Positions 8,323 to 17,183 of a DNA stretch of 44,446 nucleotides are shown here, piece after piece; the stretch's first letter is position 1; each line of letters starts with the position of its first letter. Source of the stretch: Escherichia phage vB_EcoM_SHAK7704. A program made the translations under genes and the position numbers. The stretch lies in the sequence record OR594181; one strand, 5' to 3'. The notes below the pieces were generated by a model, which was not told the origin of the DNA, ran no database searches, and saw only the letters and a program-made list of their open reading frames with translations.

Positions 8323-8550
8323 ATGAAAGTACAAGTAAAAGCGTACAACATGCCAGTTGATGAGATTCAGCACTTCCTCGATAAAGGTTATGACTTATGT
8401 AAGATGCGCACACCAGATAACTATGACTACTCACCTAAATATCTGCATTATATTGATCTTAAGATGGGTAAGAAGTTAGTTATTACAGGTACTGCATATA
8501 ACCGCATTATCAAAGTTCTTAAAGAGGGTGCTAATCATGACATTAAATAA
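8323..8550 (+). CDS. Early hypothetical protein
   Basis: ATG 8323 with GAAGGA RBS (track ORF starts at 8281 without RBS). Confidence 0.5.
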   Translation: MKVQVKAYNMPVDEIQHFLDKGYDLCKMRTPDNYDYSPKYLHYIDLKMGKKLVITGTAYNRIIKVLKEGANHDIK

Positions 8551-8716
8551 CCGTGAACTGTCCGTTCTCTTCACTCTGTTGTGCTACATGATTCGTAACA
8601 ACGAATTACTTACAGATGATGAGTTAGCCTTGTATCACCGCTTTCTTAACGAAGGTTGGACCGATACGGTTAATCAATACCGTAACATGATAGATGAGTT
8701 GAGGGAGGGTAGATAA
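8537..8716 (+). CDS. Early hypothetical protein
   Basis: ATG 8537 after GAGGG RBS; stop overlaps the next start. Confidence 0.45.
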   Translation: MTLNNRELSVLFTLLCYMIRNNELLTDDELALYHRFLNEGWTDTVNQYRNMIDELREGR

Positions 8717-8940
8717 TGTATCAACATGAGGTATTCTTTGAATCATCTAGCGAAGCTATTCGCTTCCACGATGATATGCTACAAGCTGGCGTAGGTGTTG
8801 ATGTACATCACTTCCTACTAGATTACGACACTGAATATCACCGAGTTACCTTAGTATCTGAGTATGACAACCAAGTCATTACTGAGTATCTAGGTAGTGA
8901 AGATTATGATTACGATGAAGTAATCACGACAAATCTCTAA
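8716..8940 (+). CDS. Early hypothetical acidic protein
   Basis: 74 aa; TAATG stop-start overlap; Asp/Glu/Tyr-rich. Confidence 0.5.
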   Translation: MYQHEVFFESSSEAIRFHDDMLQAGVGVDVHHFLLDYDTEYHRVTLVSEYDNQVITEYLGSEDYDYDEVITTNL

Positions 8941-9010
8941 ATTAACTATTGACAACCACGGCATACAAGGTTACATTAAGCATCAAGACGGCGACGTCTT
9001 TAAACATCAC

Positions 9011-9023
9011 GCTCTTTAACAAT
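9011..9023 (+). promoter_or_regulatory. Conserved 13-mer GCTCTTTAACAAT (copy 2)
   Basis: Preceded by hairpin AAGACG-gcga-CGTCTT. Confidence 0.4.
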
Positions 9024-9168
9024 AGAGATTAGGCCGGGAGTATCGGTGTGAGGGACAAGGAGGCTTTCCCACAATTAAACTGGTGGCAAAAGGATTGCCC
9101 AGCTTTATAGCCCAGTTATGGATAGCAATAGCGTAAGGATGGCAGCACACCCGCGAGTCTAATCTCTA

Positions 9169-9181
9169 GCTCTTTAACAAT
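9169..9181 (+). promoter_or_regulatory. Conserved 13-mer GCTCTTTAACAAT (copy 3)
   Basis: Upstream of the 9225 ORF. Confidence 0.4.
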
Positions 9182-9224
9182 CGGGCTAGTGCCTTGGTAG
9201 GCTAACTACTTACTAAGGTGAACT

Positions 9225-9437
9225 ATGAACTACTGCGACATCGCTCACGAATTACGCATGGAACGTGAGAAACAAGAGAAGCGGATTATCAAGAAGATGG
9301 CTGTACTGCTTGCACACTATAAGGCAGACAAACAGCCAACACATGATGAGTTCGTGGACTTCTGTAACATGTATCTTAATGTGAGTAAGGCCACTGGTTA
9401 CAGATGGCTTAAAGCACTGAATGATGGAGAATTGTAG
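9225..9437 (+). CDS. Early small protein with possible HTH-like segment
   Basis: 70 aa; AAGGTG RBS; C-terminal SKATGYRWLKAL resembles excisionase/AlpA-type DNA-binding helices. Confidence 0.5.
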   Translation: MNYCDIAHELRMEREKQEKRIIKKMAVLLAHYKADKQPTHDEFVDFCNMYLNVSKATGYRWLKALNDGEL

Positions 9438-9480
9438 CAATAAGCCAGCTTAATAGCTGGCCTATCAAGGCACTAACCTA

Positions 9481-9493
9481 GCCCTTTAACAAT
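9481..9493 (+). promoter_or_regulatory. Conserved 13-mer GCCCTTTAACAAT (copy 4) inside a bulged dyad
   Basis: Flanked by cctatcaaggcac / gtgtcttgatagg imperfect inverted repeat; preceded by hairpin GCCAGCT-taat-AGCTGGC. Confidence 0.45.
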
Positions 9494-9539
9494 CTGGTTT
9501 TGTGTCTTGATAGGCTTACTAACAGAAAGGTAAATTATC

Positions 9540-9707
9540 ATGGAAACTTTAATCGTTACCACTACAATCAACGGCGTAAGTATCAGCATAACTAAGTATT
9601 CTTCCGAAGAGTATGAAGTGAATCACGGAATAGCTGCTATGGTGTATGACAACTTGGCAGATGCCGTGGAGCATTGGATACAGTCATGTAAGGCTGCAAT
9701 TAAGTAG
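9540..9707 (+). CDS. Early hypothetical protein (55 aa)
   Basis: Not in the ORF track; AAAGG RBS; METLIVTTTINGVSISITKY... Confidence 0.4.
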   Translation: METLIVTTTINGVSISITKYSSEEYEVNHGIAAMVYDNLADAVEHWIQSCKAAIK

Positions 9708-9752
9708 GAAAGAGAAGGCTGGCACTAGCCAGCCTATCAAGGCACAAGCCAC

Positions 9753-9765
9753 GCTCTTTAACAAT
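9753..9765 (+). promoter_or_regulatory. Conserved 13-mer GCTCTTTAACAAT (copy 5)
   Basis: Preceded by hairpin GGCTGGC-acta-GCCAGCC; upstream of ocr. Confidence 0.4.
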
Positions 9766-9861
9766 ATGGGTAGTCGCTTCTTAGTCTGGATAGGTTAAAC
9801 CTAGGAGATTCTCTTGAGTCTCCTATAATGTAACCTAACTAACTAAATGAGGATTAATAAC

Positions 9862-10218
9862 ATGGCTATGTCTAATATGACTTACTCTCAGGTTTACAAC
9901 ACCGCTCATGCTGCATTAGTTGAACGTATCTGGGATGATGCTATTGATTGTATCGATAACGCACATGATGCAATCCATGAGGTGGCGGGTAGTGCTGTAC
10001 CAATCTATTATGCTGACATCTTCTCGGTGATGGCCAGTGAAGGCATCGACCACTTCTTCGAGGATTCTGGCTTAATGCCAGACACTAAGGATGTGACGGT
10101 CGTACTACAAGCCCGTATTTATGAACAACTCACCATTGATTTATGGGAACGTGTTCAAGATATGATTGATGCGTACATCGATTCCGCTGAGGATTCAGAA
10201 GAAGAGGAGGAAGAATAA
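9862..10218 (+). CDS. ocr: Ocr-like DNA-mimic anti-restriction protein (T7 gene 0.3 homolog)
   Basis: MAMSNMTY...[15 protein letters not shown]...[13 protein letters not shown]...[15 protein letters not shown] with acidic C-terminus, closely matching T7 Ocr as recalled; start at ATG 9862. Confidence 0.85.
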   Translation: MAMSNMTYSQVYNTAHAALVERIWDDAIDCIDNAHDAIHEVAGSAVPIYYADIFSVMASEGIDHFFEDSGLMPDTKDVTVVLQARIYEQLTIDLWERVQDMIDAYIDSAEDSEEEEEE

Positions 10219-10324
10219 AGATGGAAAGGCAATATAACTTTATCTTCTCAGACGGTGTAACCCTGAAATGTTCCTTACGATTTGCGCAGATTCGTGAGGA
10301 AGTACTAGGAACTACATACAAGCT

Positions 10325-10342
10325 ATTTAGCTGACACTATAA
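10325..10342 (+). promoter_or_regulatory. Variant phage promoter ATTTAGCTGACACTATAA (SP6-like upstream half)
   Basis: Matches the SP6 consensus ATTTAGGTGACACTATAG except G to C at one position and A in place of the +1 G. Confidence 0.4.
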
Positions 10343-10410
10343 GAGAAGACTTAACAAGGCGTTGCTACGGTAGCGCCTGATTAAACTTTCACTTACTAGG
10401 AGTTAAGATT

Positions 10411-10638
10411 ATGGATTTAGATAGCATCATTATGGCATTTGCTCTTATTGGCTTAAGCTGGTGCTCCTATCACCTTTACCGTGAGTTCTTATTTGATAAA
10501 GCTAAACGCAAACTAAGAAAGGAAGGCGGTAATTACCTTTGTATAAGAGGTGGCTTAGTCGAATACATTGCACCTAACGGCATGGAGTGCGCCATTAACA
10601 AAGATGCATTTATAGAGACGTGGCATTACATCAAGTAG
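10411..10638 (+). CDS. Early small membrane protein
   Basis: 75 aa; N-terminal transmembrane segment IIMAFALIGLSWCSY; GGAG RBS. Confidence 0.55.
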   Translation: MDLDSIIMAFALIGLSWCSYHLYREFLFDKAKRKLRKEGGNYLCIRGGLVEYIAPNGMECAINKDAFIETWHYIK

Positions 10639-10702
10639 CTAGCCTATAGCCTACCTGTGTGGGCTATGTGATATTTACTTACCACTATATAAGGTGACTA
10701 TT

Positions 10703-11587
10703 ATGACTACTGAAAACACCCTCCTGTCTGTCCGCGAAGCTGCAACCGCTGAGATTAAGCAGCATTTGGATAATATCGGCACTTCTTACATCAAAGTAGG
10801 TGCTTGTCTGAATGAGTTACGCGGAGACTTCGAAGGTCAAAAAGAGTTCTTAGCCTATGTTGAAGCAGAGTTCGGCATCAAGAAAGCACAATGCTACAAG
10901 CTGATGAGTGTAGCCCGTGTCTTTGAAGGTGACGAACGATTCAAAGGCGTGGCTATGCGTGTAATGCTGGCGCTTGTTCCTTTCGCTGATGAGAGTATCA
11001 TCATGGAGAAGGCCGCAGAACTTGCCGCAGAGGGCAAGCTGGACACTAACGCCGTAAACGCCCTAATTGAGTCTAAGAAAGAGCCAAAGGCCGAGACGGT
11101 ACAATCTAAGGCTGAGCCAGTAAAACCGCAGGAGAACGCGGCTGAGGCCGCAGAATCACAGGAAACGCAAGCGCCGCAGGTAGTGCCGCCAATGAGTGAG
11201 CCGGACACCGACGAATCCGCACCGTGGGAGGGCGAAAGCAAGCCGGAAGCACCTAAGGCTGCGCCTCTGGACAACACTGCTAACACAGAGAACGCCGCCA
11301 TGGCTGGCCTGTTGGCACAAATTAAGGCACTGACTGAGCAATTACAGGCGGCTAACGACCGCATCGCAGCTCTAACCAGTGCACGTGAAAGCAAGAAGGC
11401 AGCCGCGCCTATGCTCCCACAATTCAAATCCAAATGTTTCTATGCTCGCTTGGGTTTGAGTGCTGAGGAGGCAGAGAAGAAAACAGCAGTGAACAAGGCA
11501 CGCCGCGAACTGGTTAAACTGGGATACGGTGAAGGCCATGAGGCATGGCCCTTAATCTCTGAGGCAGTAGAAGAATTAACTAAGTAA
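10703..11587 (+). CDS. Early hypothetical protein with Pro/Glu/Ala/Lys-rich linker
   Basis: ATG 10703 after AAGG; globular N-terminal ~120 aa, low-complexity middle, conserved-looking C-terminal ~60 aa; directly upstream of the RNAP gene. Confidence 0.6.
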   Translation: MTTENTLLSVREAATAEIKQHLDNIGTSYIKVGACLNELRGDFEGQKEFLAYVEAEFGIKKAQCYKLMSVARVFEGDERFKGVAMRVMLALVPFADESIIMEKAAELAAEGKLDTNAVNALIESKKEPKAETVQSKAEPVKPQENAAEAAESQETQAPQVVPPMSEPDTDESAPWEGESKPEAPKAAPLDNTANTENAAMAGLLAQIKALTEQLQAANDRIAALTSARESKKAAAPMLPQFKSKCFYARLGLSAEEAEKKTAVNKARRELVKLGYGEGHEAWPLISEAVEELTK

Positions 11588-11650
11588 CCTTATCGGTGGC
11601 ATCTTCTTAGGTGTCACCTATTAAGGTTTCTTTCACTAGGAGTAAACAAG

Positions 11651-14278
11651 ATGCAAGACCTACACGCTATTCAACTTCAACTTGAAGAAGAAATGTTTAA
11701 CGGCGGTATCCGTCGCTTTGAAGCGGACCAACAACGCCAGATTGCATCCGGTAATGAATCAGACACGGCATGGAATCGCCGTTTATTGTCCGAGTTAATC
11801 GCGCCAATGGCTGAAGGTATTCAGGCATACAAGGAAGAGTATGAAGGTAAAAGAGGCCGTGCACCGCGTGCATTAGCTTTCATTAACTGCGTAGAAAACG
11901 AAGTGGCAGCATATATCACGATGAAAATCGTTATGGATATGCTGAATACAGACGTTACCTTACAAGCAATCGCTATGAATGTAGCGGACCGCATCGAAGA
12001 CCAAGTACGTTTTAGCAAGCTGGAAGGTCACGCAGCTAAGTACTTTGAGAAAGTGAAGAAGTCGCTTAAGGCTAGCAAGACTAAATCTTATCGTCATGCG
12101 CACAACGTAGCGGTAGTAGCTGAGAAATCTGTTGCTGACCGTGACGCGGATTTCTCCCGTTGGGAGGCATGGCCTAAAGATACCTTGCTACAAATCGGTA
12201 TAACCTTGCTAGAAATACTGGAAAATAGTGTATTCTTCAATGGTCAGCCTGTCTTTCTTCGCACCTTGCGCACTAATGGTGGCAAGCATGGCGTTTACTA
12301 CTTACAGACCAGTGAACACGTAGGGGAATGGATTACAGCATTTAAAGAACATGTAGCGCAACTTAGCCCGGCTTATGCACCTTGCGTTATACCTCCGCGT
12401 CCGTGGGTTTCTCCTTTTAATGGCGGTTTTCACACTGAGAAGGTAGCAAGTCGTGTGCGTCTTGTTAAAGGCAGCCGTGAACACGTCCGCAAGCTGACCA
12501 AAAAGCAAATGCCAGCGGTTTACAAGGCTGTTAACGCTTTGCAGGCGACTAAATGGCAGGTTAACAAGGAAGTTTTACAGGTTGTTGAGGACGTAATACG
12601 GCTTGATTTAGGCTATGGCGTACCTTCCTTCAAACCACTCATCGACCGCGAGAACAAGCCAGCTAATCCGGTGCCGTTAGAGTTCCAGCACCTGCGAGGC
12701 CGTGAACTGAAAGAAATGTTAACACCGGAACAATGGCAAGCCTTCATCAACTGGAAAGGTGAATGCACCAAGCTGTATACCGCTGAGACTAAGCGCGGCA
12801 GCAAATCGGCGGCGACCGTCCGCATGGTAGGGCAGGCCCGTAAATACAGCCGATTTGACGCAATATACTTCGTGTATGCTCTGGACAGCCGCAGCCGCGT
12901 CTACGCGCAATCTAGCACGCTCTCTCCACAATCAAACGACTTAGGCAAGGCATTGCTCCGTTTTACCGAAGGGCAGCGTCTTGATAGCGCTGAGGCGCTT
13001 AAGTGGTTTTTGGTGAACGGGGCTAATAACTGGGGTTGGGATAAGAAAACTTTTGACGTGCGCACCGCTAACGTGCTGGATAGTGAATTTCAAGACATGT
13101 GCCGCGACATTGCAGCGGATCCGCTGACCTTCACTCAATGGGTAAATGCCGACTCCCCTTACGGCTTCCTTGCATGGTGCTTTGAATATGCGCGTTATCT
13201 GGATGCACTGGATGAAGGCACGCAAGACCAATTCATGACGCACCTCCCAGTCCATCAAGATGGTAGTTGTTCTGGTATCCAGCACTACAGTGCTATGCTA
13301 CGCGATGCAGTAGGTGCGAAAGCGGTAAACCTTAAGCCCTCTGACTCACCTCAAGATATTTATGGTGCCGTTGCGCAGGTAGTAATTCAGAAGAATTATG
13401 CATACATGAATGCAGAGGATGCGGAAACCTTCACTTCTGGCAGCGTGACTTTAACAGGTGCAGAACTTCGTAGCATGGCTAGTGCGTGGGATATGATAGG
13501 AATCACTCGCGGCCTGACCAAAAAGCCTGTAATGACACTACCTTATGGCAGCACACGTCTAACCTGCCGTGAATCAGTGATTGATTATATCGTTGATTTG
13601 GAAGAAAAAGAGGCCCAACGGGCTATTGCGGAAGGGCGTACCGCCAATCCTGTACATCCTTTTGATAATGACCGCAAAGACAGCCTGACACCTAGCGCAG
13701 CTTATAACTATATGACAGCTTTAATCTGGCCTTCTATTTCGGAAGTGGTTAAAGCTCCTATAGTGGCAATGAAAATGATTCGTCAGCTTGCACGTTTCGC
13801 AGCTAAAAGAAACGAAGGCTTAGAATATCCCTTACCAACTGGCTTCATCTTGCAACAAAAGATAATGGCTACCGATATGCTCCGCGTATCCACTTGCTTG
13901 ATGGGTGAAATCAAGATGAGTCTCCAGATTGAAACAGATGTAGTTGATGAAACGGCAATGATGGGTGCGGCTGCCCCTAACTTCGTCCATGGTCACGATG
14001 CTAGCCACCTGATTCTGACTGTATGTGACCTAGTGGATAAAGGTATTACATCCATTGCAGTCATCCATGATTCTTTCGGTACTCATGCAGGACGTACCGC
14101 AGACCTGCGGGATAGCTTAAGGGAAGAAATGGTTAAGATGTATCAAAACCATAATGCCCTGCAAAACCTGCTAGATGTGCACGAAGAGCGTTGGTTAGTA
14201 GACACCGGAATCCAAGTACCAGAGCAAGGAGAGTTTGACCTTAACGAAATCTTAGTTTCAGACTATTGTTTCGCATAA
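11651..14278 (+). CDS. Single-subunit DNA-dependent RNA polymerase (T7 gene 1-like)
   Basis: 875 aa; C-terminus ...DYCFA like T7 RNAP ...FAFA; preceded by early genes. Confidence 0.95.
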   Translation: MQDLHAIQLQLEEEMFNGGIRRFEADQQRQIASGNESDTAWNRRLLSELIAPMAEGIQAYKEEYEGKRGRAPRALAFINCVENEVAAYITMKIVMDMLNTDVTLQAIAMNVADRIEDQVRFSKLEGHAAKYFEKVKKSLKASKTKSYRHAHNVAVVAEKSVADRDADFSRWEAWPKDTLLQIGITLLEILENSVFFNGQPVFLRTLRTNGGKHGVYYLQTSEHVGEWITAFKEHVAQLSPAYAPCVIPPRPWVSPFNGGFHTEKVASRVRLVKGSREHVRKLTKKQMPAVYKAVNALQATKWQVNKEVLQVVEDVIRLDLGYGVPSFKPLIDRENKPANPVPLEFQHLRGRELKEMLTPEQWQAFINWKGECTKLYTAETKRGSKSAATVRMVGQARKYSRFDAIYFVYALDSRSRVYAQSSTLSPQSNDLGKALLRFTEGQRLDSAEALKWFLVNGANNWGWDKKTFDVRTANVLDSEFQDMCRDIAADPLTFTQWVNADSPYGFLAWCFEYARYLDALDEGTQDQFMTHLPVHQDGSCSGIQHYSAMLRDAVGAKAVNLKPSDSPQDIYGAVAQVVIQKNYAYMNAEDAETFTSGSVTLTGAELRSMASAWDMIGITRGLTKKPVMTLPYGSTRLTCRESVIDYIVDLEEKEAQRAIAEGRTANPVHPFDNDRKDSLTPSAAYNYMTALIWPSISEVVKAPIVAMKMIRQLARFAAKRNEGLEYPLPTGFILQQKIMATDMLRVSTCLMGEIKMSLQIETDVVDETAMMGAAAPNFVHGHDASHLILTVCDLVDKGITSIAVIHDSFGTHAGRTADLRDSLREEMVKMYQNHNALQNLLDVHEERWLVDTGIQVPEQGEFDLNEILVSDYCFA

Positions 14279-14286
14279 TATTAATA

Positions 14287-14318
14287 GGCCATTCCTTAGG
14301 GAGTGGCCTTTTTCTTTA
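14287..14318 (+). terminator. Intrinsic terminator after the RNAP gene
   Basis: GGCCATTCC-ttag-GGAGTGGCC stem followed by TTTTTCTTT. Confidence 0.65.
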
Positions 14319-14351
14319 CCTACTACCTGTAACATTTCATTAACATAAAGT

Positions 14352-14367
14352 GTCTCACATGTGAGAC
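14352..14367 (+). repeat. 16-bp perfect palindrome GTCTCACATGTGAGAC (copy a)
   Basis: Directly upstream of the promoter at 14370. Confidence 0.8.
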
Positions 14368-14369
14368 TT

Positions 14370-14387
14370 ATTTACCGGACACTATAG
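14370..14387 (+). promoter_or_regulatory. Phage RNAP promoter ATTTACCGGACACTATAG
   Basis: Consensus with one substitution (C at position 7). Confidence 0.65.
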
Positions 14388-14543
14388 GATAGCCGTCGGA
14401 GACGGGAAAGAAAGGGAAGATAAAGGATATAAAGGAAGTAATAGGTATTAAAGGTTATATAGGTTATCTAGGAATACCTAGGAATACCTATTACCTTCTT
14501 CCTTCCTCTTATTACCACTTAGAGGAAGGGCAGACCTAGGTTG
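14388..14543 (+). other. Origin-like repeat region between two phage promoters
   Basis: AT-rich; AAAGGA iterons; tandem ctaggaataccta/ggaataccta; inverted repeat GGAAGTAATAGGTATT...AATACCTATTACCTTCC. Confidence 0.45.
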
Positions 14544-14559
14544 TCTCACATGTGAGACT
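14544..14559 (+). repeat. 16-bp palindrome GTCTCACATGTGAGAC (copy b)
   Basis: Directly upstream of the promoter at 14564. Confidence 0.8.
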
Positions 14560-14563
14560 TCGT

Positions 14564-14581
14564 ATTTACCGGACAGTATAG
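14564..14581 (+). promoter_or_regulatory. Phage RNAP promoter variant ATTTACCGGACAGTATAG
   Basis: Two substitutions from consensus; precedes the 14612 ORF. Confidence 0.5.
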
Positions 14582-14611
14582 ATAAGATTAACTCACTTTG
14601 GAGATTTAACC

Positions 14612-14740
14612 ATGCGTAACTTTGAGAAGATGGCCCGTAAAGCTAACCGTTTTGACATAGAAGAAGGGCAGAAGAAAGGCAAGAAGCTGAATAAACCTGT
14701 CCGTGATCGTGCATCTAAACGCGCTGCGTGGGAGTTCTAA
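14612..14740 (+). CDS. Small basic protein (42 aa), T7 gp1.1-like by position
   Basis: MRNFEKMARKANRF..., Lys/Arg-rich; first gene after RNAP; GGAG RBS; the gp1.1 likeness is from memory. Confidence 0.5.
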   Translation: MRNFEKMARKANRFDIEEGQKKGKKLNKPVRDRASKRAAWEF

Positions 14741-14743
14741 GTT

Positions 14744-14962
14744 ATGGCTAAATACAGAATCAAGACCTGTTTAAATAGTCACGGGCAAGAGTGCTACATA
14801 GTGCAACGTAAAGTATTAGGCTTAATATGGGTCACGTGTATGATGCCTATTGGCTATACTGATACAGAGGCTATCTTCTGCACCGAAAGGGATGCAAAGA
14901 AGTTTATCTCTGAGCGTAGAAAAGCTGACTCTTACCAACCCAGAACTATTAAGGTGAACTAA
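14744..14962 (+). CDS. Hypothetical protein
   Basis: 72 aa; stop overlaps the primase/helicase start. Confidence 0.5.
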   Translation: MAKYRIKTCLNSHGQECYIVQRKVLGLIWVTCMMPIGYTDTEAIFCTERDAKKFISERRKADSYQPRTIKVN

Positions 14963-16950
14963 TGGCTATTATTAATAACATCCCGTGCCCTGCCTGCCAG
15001 AAGAATGGACACGATAAATCCGGCAATCATCTCATGATATTTGATGATGGTGCTGGCTATTGTAACCGTGGTCATTTCCACGATAACGGCAAGCCTTACT
15101 ATCATAAGCCAGAAGGTGGCATCGAGATCACCGAGTTGCCTATTACTGGCAATATCAAATATACACCTTCTCAATTCAAAGAGATGGAGAAGGAAGGGAA
15201 GATAAGCGACCCTAAGTTACGCGCCATCGCACTTGGTGGTATGCGTATGAAAGACCGATGGGAGGTCATGAATGAGCAAGAAAGGGCAGACCAAGAAGCA
15301 GAGTGGAAACTTGATGTTGAATGGTTCCTCACGCTTAAGCGTAAGAATCTTGTTTCCCGACACATTCGCGGCGACATTTGCGCATTGTATGATGTACGTG
15401 TCGGACACGATGAAGATGGTAGAGTCTCACGGCATTACTATCCACGCTTCGAGAAAGGTGAGCTAGTAGGCGCTAAGTGTCGCACATTACCTAAAGACTT
15501 TAAGTTTGGTCATTTAGGTAAACTCTTTGGTATGCAAGATCTTTTCGGTATGAATACTTTGTCTCACGTGTTAGACAAGGGAAGACGAAAGGATTGCTTG
15601 CTTATTGTAGGTGGTGAACTTGATGCACTAGCAGCACAGCAAATGCTCCTTGATTCTGCCAAGGGTACTAAGTGGGAAGGCCAGCCTTACCATGTATGGT
15701 CTGTCAATAAAGGTGAGTCTTGCCTTGAAGAGATAGTACAGAACCGTGAACACATCGCCCAATTTAAGAAGATTATATGGGGTTTTGATGGCGACGAGGT
15801 GGGGCAGAAGCAGAATCAGCAAGCGGCTCGCCTGTTTCCTGGCAAATCCTATATCCTTGAATACCCTTCTGGTTGCAAAGATGCTAACAAGGCATTGATG
15901 GCTGGCAAGGCTAAAGAGTTTGTTGATGCTTGGTTTAATGCCAAGTCATCTGATGAAGTCTTTGGTAGCCAGATTAAATCTATCGCATCTCAAAGGGATA
16001 AGCTCAAGGCTGCACGTCCAGAGCAAGGACTATCATGGCCTTGGCCTAAGCTGAACAAGGTAACGCTAGGTATTCGTAAGAACCAGCTTATCATTGTAGG
16101 TGCAGGTTCTGGTGTAGGTAAGACTGAGTTCCTCCGCGAAGTGGTTAAACATCTCATTGAAGAACACGGTGAATCTGTAGGCATCATTTCTACAGAAGAC
16201 CCAATGGTCAAGGTGTCCCGTGCTTTTATCGGCAAGTGGATTGATAAGCGTATTGAGTTACCGCCAACCAACGACCCGAAAGAAGACGGATACCGTGAGG
16301 TGTTCGACTACACCGAGGAAGAAGCTAACGCTGCCATTGATTATGTAGCTGATACAGGAAAGCTATTTGTGGCTGACCTAGAAGGCGATTATTCTATGGA
16401 GAAGGTAGAGCAAACTTGCCTAGAGTTTGAGGCTATGGGCATTTCTAATATCATCATTGATAACTTAACGGGGATTAAATTAGATGAGCGTGCTTTTGGT
16501 GGGAAGGTTGGTGCACTTGATGAATGCGTCAAACGAATTGGTACTATCAAAGACCGACATGCGGTTACGATTTTCCTTGTCTCTCACCTTACACGTCCTC
16601 CGGCAAACCGTACCCAACACGAAGAAGGTGGCGAAGTTATCCTTTCTGACTTCCGAGGCTCAGGCGCTATCGGATTCTGGGCATCTTACGCCTTGGGGAT
16701 TGAGCGTAATACAAGAGCTGAAACGCTTGATGAAAGGACTACCACGTACATCTCGTGTGTCAAAGACCGCGATCAAGGTATCTACACTGGAACCAAGGTC
16801 ATGCTTAAAGGTGACATTCAGACCGGACGTTTGATGGAACCACAAGCCCGTACTAAGTCATTTGATACAGGTGAAGCAAGGCAGCAAGAGGTGCCTGATT
16901 TACCGGACACTATAGAAGAGACAAACTTTGAAGATGAACAGGAGTTTTAA
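14962..16950 (+). CDS. DNA primase/helicase (T7 gp4-like)
   Basis: 662 aa; N-terminal Cys4 zinc motif CPAC...C..GH; Walker A GAGSGVGKT; acidic C-terminus ending in Phe (EDEQEF). Confidence 0.9.
   Translation: MAIINNIPCPACQKNGHDKSGNHLMIFDDGAGYCNRGHFHDNGKPYYHKPEGGIEITELPITGNIKYTPSQFKEMEKEGKISDPKLRAIALGGMRMKDRWEVMNEQERADQEAEWKLDVEWFLTLKRKNLVSRHIRGDICALYDVRVGHDEDGRVSRHYYPRFEKGELVGAKCRTLPKDFKFGHLGKLFGMQDLFGMNTLSHVLDKGRRKDCLLIVGGELDALAAQQMLLDSAKGTKWEGQPYHVWSVNKGESCLEEIVQNREHIAQFKKIIWGFDGDEVGQKQNQQAARLFPGKSYILEYPSGCKDANKALMAGKAKEFVDAWFNAKSSDEVFGSQIKSIASQRDKLKAARPEQGLSWPWPKLNKVTLGIRKNQLIIVGAGSGVGKTEFLREVVKHLIEEHGESVGIISTEDPMVKVSRAFIGKWIDKRIELPPTNDPKEDGYREVFDYTEEEANAAIDYVADTGKLFVADLEGDYSMEKVEQTCLEFEAMGISNIIIDNLTGIKLDERAFGGKVGALDECVKRIGTIKDRHAVTIFLVSHLTRPPANRTQHEEGGEVILSDFRGSGAIGFWASYALGIERNTRAETLDERTTTYISCVKDRDQGIYTGTKVMLKGDIQTGRLMEPQARTKSFDTGEARQQEVPDLPDTIEETNFEDEQEF
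16898..16915 (+). promoter_or_regulatory. Phage RNAP promoter ATTTACCGGACACTATAG inside the primase/helicase 3' end
   Basis: 18-mer lies in coding sequence and encodes ...PDTIEE... Confidence 0.6.
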
Positions 16951-17111
16951 TGGAAATTATTAAACCAGTATTGAATATCGGTATTGAGATCCTATTCATG
17001 CTTGTGATCGCAGATTATGCTGCACGATATGGATTCAAGAAAGCGGTGAAACTTATCGTTGCATCTGGTTTTCTTATGTCAATGTTCTTTATTGTAACAC
17101 GCCTTATCTAG
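16950..17111 (+). CDS. Small membrane protein (53 aa)
   Basis: Not in the ORF track; TAATG overlap with the helicase stop; two hydrophobic segments. Confidence 0.4.
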   Translation: MEIIKPVLNIGIEILFMLVIADYAARYGFKKAVKLIVASGFLMSMFFIVTRLI

Positions 17112-17124
17112 TGTATTTATCAGG

Positions 17125-17148
17125 GCTTGTCTCACATGTGAGACAGGC
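17125..17148 (+). terminator. Palindrome-family hairpin with T-rich tail (copy c)
   Basis: GCTTGTCTCACATGTGAGACAGGC followed by tcttatt. Confidence 0.45.
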
Positions 17149-17183
17149 TCTTATTAAGTACATTAAATAACTGGAGATTGATT

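Noticed and set aside
10894-11433. 179-aa minus-strand ORF
   Set aside because: Antisense to the GC-rich low-complexity part of the 294-aa early gene; Ala/Ser-rich chance frame.
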